The position numbers were made by a program, and so were the translations under genes. Below, piece by piece: positions 58,157-64,000 of a stretch of DNA of 64,000 nt. The notes beneath the pieces are model-generated. The model was not told where the DNA came from. It saw nothing but the letters and a program-made list of their open reading frames with translations, and searched no databases. The stretch covers positions 2,971-66,970 of the forward strand of contig MGHM01000017.1 in the NCBI GenBank assembly GCA_001793235.1, read 5' to 3'. Source of the stretch: Candidatus Woesebacteria bacterium RIFCSPLOWO2_01_FULL_44_24b. Its GTDB lineage: Bacteria > Patescibacteriota > Microgenomatia > UBA8517. Position 1 is the stretch's first letter; every line of letters begins with the position of its first letter.

Positions 58157-59285
58157 TAGCCTTCGCAACCACAGAGGCAACATTTCGGTCCAGCACATCA
58201 GGAATTATGTTTTCTGAACTTAAATTCTTGACGTAGTTAGCGAGAGCGTGTGCAGCCGCCAGTTTCATTTTTTCAGTGATAGCCCGTGCATGGCTATCAA
58301 GCGCTCCGCGAAACACCCCCGGGAAAGCAAGTACATTATTCACCTGATTTGGGTAATCACTTCGGCCGCTGGCCACTACTTTTGCTCCGCCTTTTACAGC
58401 CTCTTCGGGCATAATCTCGGGAACAGGATTTGCAAGCGCAAAAACAATAGGATCTTTATTCATTGAAGAAACATCATGAGAAGTCACAATATTCGGCGCG
58501 CTGACACCAATGAAAACATCGGCGTTTTTAAGAGCTTGGGAAAGCGTCCCGGTTTCATGATTAGGATTAGTTAGTTTTGCCATCTTACTTTGTGCCCAAT
58601 TCAAGCCCTTTGTACTTTTATCAATAATGCCGCGGCTATTGACCATAATTATATTTGTGGCTCCCTCCGCCAATAAAATTTTTGCTACCGCAATACCTGC
58701 AGCACCAGCACCTGCAATTACAATCTTGCTTGTTTCAATTTTGCGTTTTGTAACCTTCAGAGCATTAATAAGTGCCGCCAAGACAACAATTGCCGTGCCA
58801 TGCTGATCGTCATGAAAAACGGGAATGTCGAGCACTTTTTTAAGTTTCTCCTCTATCTCAAAACATCGGGGCGCGGAAATATCCTCCAAATTAATAGCTC
58901 CAAAACCTGGAGAGATTGCTTTGACAATGGCAACAATCTCGTTAACTTCTTTTGTATCTAGACAAATTGGATAAGCATCAACTCCGGCAAATTCTTTCAT
59001 AAGGACGGCTTTGCCCTCCATGACAGGAAGGGCGGCTTCGGGACCGATGTCCCCAAGGCCTAAAACTGCCGTGCCGTCGGTCACAATTGCCACTGTATTT
59101 CCTTTACTGGTGTAGTCATAAACTTTACTTTTGTTTTTTGCTATCGCCCGGCTCACGGCGGCAACCCCGGGAGTGTAAGCTAGAGACAAACTGGCTCGGT
59201 TTTTAATAGGAGTTTTGACCAAAAGCCCAATCTTGCCATGATTTTTTTTATGAAGCGCCAGAGCAGCTTTATCAATGTCAATCAT
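58125..59285 (-). CDS. NAD(P)-dependent malic enzyme
   Basis: [44 protein letters not shown]. Confidence 0.95.
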   Translation of the reverse strand: MIDIDKAALALHKKNHGKIGLLVKTPIKNRASLSLAYTPGVAAVSRAIAKNKSKVYDYTSKGNTVAIVTDGTAVLGLGDIGPEAALPVMEGKAVLMKEFAGVDAYPICLDTKEVNEIVAIVKAISPGFGAINLEDISAPRCFEIEEKLKKVLDIPVFHDDQHGTAIVVLAALINALKVTKRKIETSKIVIAGAGAAGIAVAKILLAEGATNIIMVNSRGIIDKSTKGLNWAQSKMAKLTNPNHETGTLSQALKNADVFIGVSAPNIVTSHDVSSMNKDPIVFALANPVPEIMPEEAVKGGAKVVASGRSDYPNQVNNVLAFPGVFRGALDSHARAITEKMKLAAAHALANYVKNLSSENIIPDVLDRNVASVVAKAITLQACILRL

Positions 59286-59811
59286 ATAACCTCGGATTTT
59301 TGAACGGTATCAAAGCCAAAATTACTGCTGGTTCATAAAAAGTTGTACGGGTTAAAACATCGCCAGTGAGTATCCCAACTGCGCCATTTGCCTGCTTTGA
59401 ATTTTTCAGTCCAAAGACAATATCGTCTGCTTCCCCCAACTCTTTTCCTTGTTTAATCAGTTGAACAACCTTTTTGGGCAAGAAAAATGCCCCAGTTCTG
59501 CCCTTGCCAAATTTTCCGTTTTTGGACTTAACTACAATCCAGGCAAAGCCTTCCATCCCGCCGTTTCGCTCCTCCAGTCCTCCTTCAATTCCCACCCAAT
59601 AGTCTGCATTGGGCACAAGCTTGGCAACGTTATTGGCTCGATTTGTAGCGCCTATCATGGTTTCTTCCTCACTCATTGGCTGGTCAGAGACTCCGGACGG
59701 GGCAGAAATTCCTTCAACTTTGAAAAGTACTTCAGGAAACATTTTTGCAAACCCAATTTCCGTTGTGTTGATTTTAACAGGATTTGCCGATGCAACTACT
59801 ACTCTTTTCAT
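59278..59811 (-). CDS. yjjX: Inosine/xanthosine triphosphatase
   Basis: ASANPVK, SGVSDQP, GATNRA, GIEGG, ELG, GAVGILT; ATG at 59811. Confidence 0.9.
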   Translation of the reverse strand: MKRVVVASANPVKINTTEIGFAKMFPEVLFKVEGISAPSGVSDQPMSEEETMIGATNRANNVAKLVPNADYWVGIEGGLEERNGGMEGFAWIVVKSKNGKFGKGRTGAFFLPKKVVQLIKQGKELGEADDIVFGLKNSKQANGAVGILTGDVLTRTTFYEPAVILALIPFKNPRLYD

Positions 59812-59841
59812 AGCACTAATTATGATACCATCAGGGGCAAA

Positions 59842-61107
59842 ATGGCCAAAGTACGAGAAGTGGAGTATCTCTCTATCGGCGGTGGGATGGGGAGCTTTTG
59901 CTGGGTTGATACTTTGCGTATTCATGGAGTTTCCTTTAAAGATATCTGTGTAATTTCGCCCAATAAAAAACCGTATCGCCAGTTAAAACTCTACTGTGAT
60001 GCAATAGGGCTTACTAAAAATCAAAGACTTAGAAGCGACTCAGGCAGCCGACCGGATAACTTCTGGGGGTTCCCGGGTTACGGACTATCGGAAGCACTTG
60101 ACGAGCTAAAGAATAAAAAATTTACCAAGGCAGCCAAATTATTACTCCAGTTATTTTTTGAGCCTTTTATTTTCGGTTACTACTCGCCAGCTGCCGGCCG
60201 TGTTTATAAGGCACTTGAGCGTGAGGCAAAAAGAATCGACTGGGAAAAATCTTTAATTATAGGCCATGCCAATAACTTAACAAAATTTCCCGATGGCAGA
60301 TTTAAGATTACTTACAGCCGGGATAACTCAATAATTGCAAGGGTCGTCCACCTGTCTTTGGGGCATGGAAAACTTAGAAAAATCAAAAGTCAAAAATCAA
60401 AAGTCAAAAATGCATACGAATTAGATAATGAGTTTTTAAATAAAATTAAAAGAAAAGGTGGGACTGTAATGGTAATTGGCCGCGGAACTGCCGCGCAGAA
60501 AATAGTTGAACGCCTTTTGGACTTTAAAAAAATCAAGGTTGCTTCTTTGCATAGAGAAGTGGAAAGTCCAAAAGATTTTAGAGGCGTAAAACAAAAAAGG
60601 TTCCTTAGCTGGAGGCTCCAGCAATTTAACTGGCCGCGTGCTGCATTCGGCGGAGGCCTAATGCATGAATCTGACTCACTCTGGAGCTTGCCCTCAGCAA
60701 CACCAGATAAAAATTGGATAAGAAAAGTAAAAAATGCAATTAAAGATGGAAGATATGAAATCACGAAAAGACCTATAAAGGCAAACTTTACTATCGACTG
60801 CTCAGGCTTTGGTGAAGCTGCCAGAACTCACGAATTTTATTCTAAGCTAATAAAAAAATATAATTTGCCGCTGACTCCAAACGGCAGCATCCGGACAGGC
60901 GATGCTTTTGAAATTGAAGCATTGTGCTCCTATAAAACCCGGGTATTTATATCGGGGGCACTTTCCGGATTTTCAGGCCCAGCCGACAGTTTCTTCGGAG
61001 CACAGTTCGCTTCCTTCAAAACACTGGAAAACCTTAATGTCAAAAAAATGGACTTTATAGAGTCCTTTGAAGCTTGGTGCAGGTGGCTTACAAATAAAAA
61101 AATATGA
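59842..61107 (+). CDS. FAD/NAD(P)-binding oxidoreductase-like protein
   Basis: SIGGGMGS, RLRSDS.S.PDNFWG.P, VIGRG, IDCSG; ATG at 59842. Confidence 0.7.
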   Translation: MAKVREVEYLSIGGGMGSFCWVDTLRIHGVSFKDICVISPNKKPYRQLKLYCDAIGLTKNQRLRSDSGSRPDNFWGFPGYGLSEALDELKNKKFTKAAKLLLQLFFEPFIFGYYSPAAGRVYKALEREAKRIDWEKSLIIGHANNLTKFPDGRFKITYSRDNSIIARVVHLSLGHGKLRKIKSQKSKVKNAYELDNEFLNKIKRKGGTVMVIGRGTAAQKIVERLLDFKKIKVASLHREVESPKDFRGVKQKRFLSWRLQQFNWPRAAFGGGLMHESDSLWSLPSATPDKNWIRKVKNAIKDGRYEITKRPIKANFTIDCSGFGEAARTHEFYSKLIKKYNLPLTPNGSIRTGDAFEIEALCSYKTRVFISGALSGFSGPADSFFGAQFASFKTLENLNVKKMDFIESFEAWCRWLTNKKI

Positions 61108-61451
61108 CACCAACACTTGCGGGAAGGCTTGAAACCAGAATAGTCTTAAGCTTCTTTGTGGCTCTCCCTGTTTTGGTTTTTGCCGGCATGGCAAACATCA
61201 TCTTTATCATGCTTGCCGTGGGCGTTGCCTTGGATTTTGTCTATAACTATTTGCAATACAAGCGCTGGGACGGCGACTGGCCGCTTGTTTTTAGCTTTAT
61301 TGCGGGTGTCACTGAGGGAATAATTTTATGGCTCATTATTGATATCCGAATTCCAATCTACGTCTTGATACTCGTGCTCACCCTGACTGCCCAAGTGCTT
61401 CTGGGAGTTTTCTTTCCGTACAGAAGATTTAAGGGCGGCAGGATTTTGTGA
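61104..61451 (+). CDS. Membrane protein, hypothetical
   Basis: MTPTLAGRLETR, RWDGDWP, RFKGGR; ATGA-coupled. Confidence 0.7.
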   Translation: MTPTLAGRLETRIVLSFFVALPVLVFAGMANIIFIMLAVGVALDFVYNYLQYKRWDGDWPLVFSFIAGVTEGIILWLIIDIRIPIYVLILVLTLTAQVLLGVFFPYRRFKGGRIL

Positions 61452-61462
61452 TATATTAAAGT

Positions 61463-61810
61463 GTGAAGCGCGATACCGTCAAAGCAATTTTTACCAACCT
61501 TCTTTTTGTAATTGGTGTAATTCTAATTATCTTGGGCGGCAGCCGGGCAATTTTAACTGTAGTAAGGCTTGCCGTTTTTGACAAATATCCGCTTGACTCA
61601 TACGCGGAAACGCGCTGCAGCTATGCCCCGATTCCAGCACAAGACGGCGAGGTAATGCCCAAACTTGAAGCGGAATGCATGAGCTCACTGGACTATGAAC
61701 GCAGACTCAAGCTCACTGATGACATTGTCAATTCCTCAACAATGCTTATTTCCGGGATAGCACTTGCACTAAGCTTCAAGAAGTTTATCTTTAGCAAAAA
61801 AGCTAGTTAA
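61463..61810 (+). CDS. Membrane protein, hypothetical
   Basis: Two TM segments with a Cys pair in the loop. Confidence 0.65.
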   Translation: MKRDTVKAIFTNLLFVIGVILIILGGSRAILTVVRLAVFDKYPLDSYAETRCSYAPIPAQDGEVMPKLEAECMSSLDYERRLKLTDDIVNSSTMLISGIALALSFKKFIFSKKAS

Positions 61811-62039
61811 GCTCTTTGCTGGTTTTTCCCTTGTCCTCAGTCATAATCATAAGCTTTGCAAGCTCCTCAACCACTTCCCTGGCATGTTCACGGCTCATGC
61901 CAATCCGGCTTATTATTCTCTTAGTACCCCTGAATTTTTGCATGAAGTTCATGACCACTCCATTCTTATTGGCCGTAATGTTTACAGTATCTGTGTAAAG
62001 AATCAAGGGCAGGTCCCCAGAAATTTTACTTTCTGCCAT
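61803..62039 (-). CDS. Small protein (DUF3467-like)
   Basis: PLILYTD ... RIGMSREHA. Confidence 0.65.
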   Translation of the reverse strand: MAESKISGDLPLILYTDTVNITANKNGVVMNFMQKFRGTKRIISRIGMSREHAREVVEELAKLMIMTEDKGKTSKELN

Positions 62040-62087
62040 GTTGGGAGATTATATCACAACTTGAGGCTGGAGAGTGTATAATAAACC

Positions 62088-62516
62088 ATGGGCAACTATT
62101 TGTTTCTTGTTTTTCTTGTTCCTTTAATTATGGATGTTGTTGGGACCGTAACAGGACAAAAGAAAGAGTATTGGTCCAGTAAATATAAGAAGTACAACGA
62201 GGCGGTGCCTTTTATTGATATTATACTTGGCATAAATCCTCTACTGTTTATTTTAGTTTGCTTAGTTATTTGGATTCCTATCACTTATTGGCTAACACAC
62301 AATTTGCCCCACCCATTAAACCTCTGGGCTTCTCTCGCACTTTTTGCGGCACATGCAACCAATAGCACCAACTGGCTCCGGAAAACCCAATGGAATTTGG
62401 GAATTTTCACCGGCAAAGATAAATTTTCAATGGCTCTGGCCTTAATTCCCATAGCAATTTATTTACTATTTATTGGCTACATTGCAACATGGGGATTGCT
62501 TCAATATTTTTCGTGA
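62088..62516 (+). CDS. Membrane protein, hypothetical
   Basis: Multi-TM ORF; TATAAT 5 nt before the ATG. Confidence 0.65.
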   Translation: MGNYLFLVFLVPLIMDVVGTVTGQKKEYWSSKYKKYNEAVPFIDIILGINPLLFILVCLVIWIPITYWLTHNLPHPLNLWASLALFAAHATNSTNWLRKTQWNLGIFTGKDKFSMALALIPIAIYLLFIGYIATWGLLQYFS

Positions 62517-62520
62517 GCTT

Positions 62521-62676
62521 TCAGCCTGCCAATGCACGGGTTATGGCGTCTCTGATATTTTTGCCACGATACCACCTTTTATAAAACACGAGTGTTGGTC
62601 CTCTTTGCGGGTTTCTTAAATAAAACTCGTTTATCCTCCCGCCTTTTCCTACGAAGGTTTTCACCAAATCTTCCAC
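62521..62676 (-). CDS. Possible 51-aa small protein
   Basis: GTG-start ORF MEDLVKTFVGKGG...RALAG, below the track cutoff; fills the intergenic gap; TATAAT upstream. Confidence 0.4.
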   Translation of the reverse strand: MEDLVKTFVGKGGRINEFYLRNPQRGPTLVFYKRWYRGKNIRDAITRALAG

Positions 62677-62723
62677 TAACTTATTGTTGATTATAACTTA
62701 AGTATAGCATACGGTGCTTACCC

Positions 62724-63966
62724 TCAACTTATGACATCAGACTTTGGTCGTTCTCGGCGGGCCAGAAGTACAAACGGCAAGGCAAGTATCTGAAACCCCG
62801 CACCTGCTATATAAGATAATGGATAACTGCCCAAATCAGCAACTCTGCCAAGAATGGGCTGAATGACCACTCCTCCCGAGGAGCCAACCAGTGAATCAAA
62901 AGAAAGAACTGTCGCCCGCTGTTTTGAAGGAATAAGCCCGTTCATATAAGCCTGGCGAATCGGCGTGACTGCTGCAAAAACCAACCCCCAAAGAACCAAA
63001 AGCGCGATTGCGAGCCAGAAACTACTCGTTAAACCAATCAGAAGTAACAAAATAGAGCTCACAATTACTCCTGCCGCGAGAGCAGAAGTTCTTAATTTAA
63101 ACAACTTCTTGAAGTAAGTTACTGCCATCCCGCCGACTATTTGTGCACAAGCCACAATGGCCGCGGCGAGCCCTGCAATCCAGTATGCGGTCTCGTCACC
63201 GTAAAGCTTTAGTAAATAAGGCTGCATTGCAAAAAAAGCATAGGAAGCTGACTCCCACGCCGAAGGGGGCGGCTATCATCATCCAGCGAATTGCAGGGGC
63301 TCTCAAACCAATGTTAACGGAAGTTGAAAAGATTTTCTTCATGTCTTTGAATATGTATCTGCTTCTCTTTGGCTTAAAGCCCAAGTCATGCATTAATAAA
63401 AATGCAATCAGAAAGTTTAACCCCAAAACTGCTGCTCGCAAAACGTAGGGCACACCCAGGTTACTAAATTGTGCAATCAAACCTCCGCCAACCGAACCCG
63501 CGAGCATCGCAAACCCACCCACAATTTGCCCTTTAGCAAAAACAGACTCCAGTGTTCCTTTGAATTTTGTAAATTTCAAGGCATCGACCAGCCAGGCTTC
63601 GGTTGCCCCCGAAAAGAAAGTAAAACCAAGACCCAAAAGAACAGAAGTTGTTGCAAAGAAGCCAAACGAAGCATGAGCCTGCCAAGCGAACAAATACAAT
63701 AAAGTTGATATCGCCAAGGTTATAGTTCCCAGTAAATATGAAGTTCTGCGACCCAAAGAGTCCGCAATTATCCCCGTTGGTACTTCAAAAATAACCTGCC
63801 CCAAAGTGAAAAACGCGTTGGCGGCAAAAGCCTCGGTATTGGTTAGCCCAGCATCGAGTAAAAAAAGCGTGTTTATACCCCAGATGAAGCTTGCTGCAAG
63901 GGTATTCAGGAGCAGTAAAACCAAATAAGTATTTTGGATGCTCGGGGGTTTTGTAATCATTGTCAT
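62724..63966 (-). pseudogene. MFS transporter split by a single frameshift
   Basis: FEVPTG.IAD..GRR in the N-half (63966-63196) and QRATVLSF in the C-half (63227-62724); removing one base near 63243 restores S-F-Y-A-F-F-A-M-Q. Confidence 0.85.
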
Positions 63967-64000
63967 ATTGTAGCAGTTTACACTGAAGCAGCACTTATAG

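Noticed and set aside
59449..59925. Long overlapping N-termini of ORFs 59449-61107 (+) and 59278-59925 (-)
   Set aside because: Family motifs begin at ATG 59842 and ATG 59811; the extensions are antisense read-through
1..64000. Alternative genetic code (TGA = Gly or Trp)
   Set aside because: Conserved genes end at TGA at expected lengths, with ATGA couplings; no in-frame TGA interrupts conserved domains

Overview
Gene-dense bacterial chromosome segment using the standard code (TGA is stop). Gene content and the many orphan genes suggest a reduced-genome Patescibacteria/CPR organism of the Microgenomates type; this is inference, since no rRNA marker is present. Housekeeping genes include secA (truncated by the window edge), rarA, serS, greA, lon, truB, uppP, dgkA, a superoxide dismutase, ppaC, hisS and a malic enzyme. 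The window also holds a copper-resistance cluster, two toxin-antitoxin pairs, a giant sugar-dehydrogenase/PKD/LamG surface protein, a purine salvage/modification region, tRNA-Glu(CTC) and tRNA-His(GTG). The strongest unusual signal is a histidine module at 52579-54902 (minus strand). There, a His-specific T-box riboswitch with an ultrashort stem I controls, in order, its own cognate tRNA-His, a CntK-like histidine racemase and HisRS. Other candidates are (i) an Arg-rich leader-peptide attenuator in front of an arginine-dihydrolase-like / deaminase / radical SAM / PRTase operon, (ii) a 4x degenerate LAGLIDADG-HTH protein paired with a ParB-like protein, (iii) pervasive leaderless promoters, (iv) a cargo gene flanked by a synonymously diverged duplication of a gene 3' end, and (v) short repeats embedded in frame in proteins. 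All protein family calls are from motif recognition; no database searches were run.
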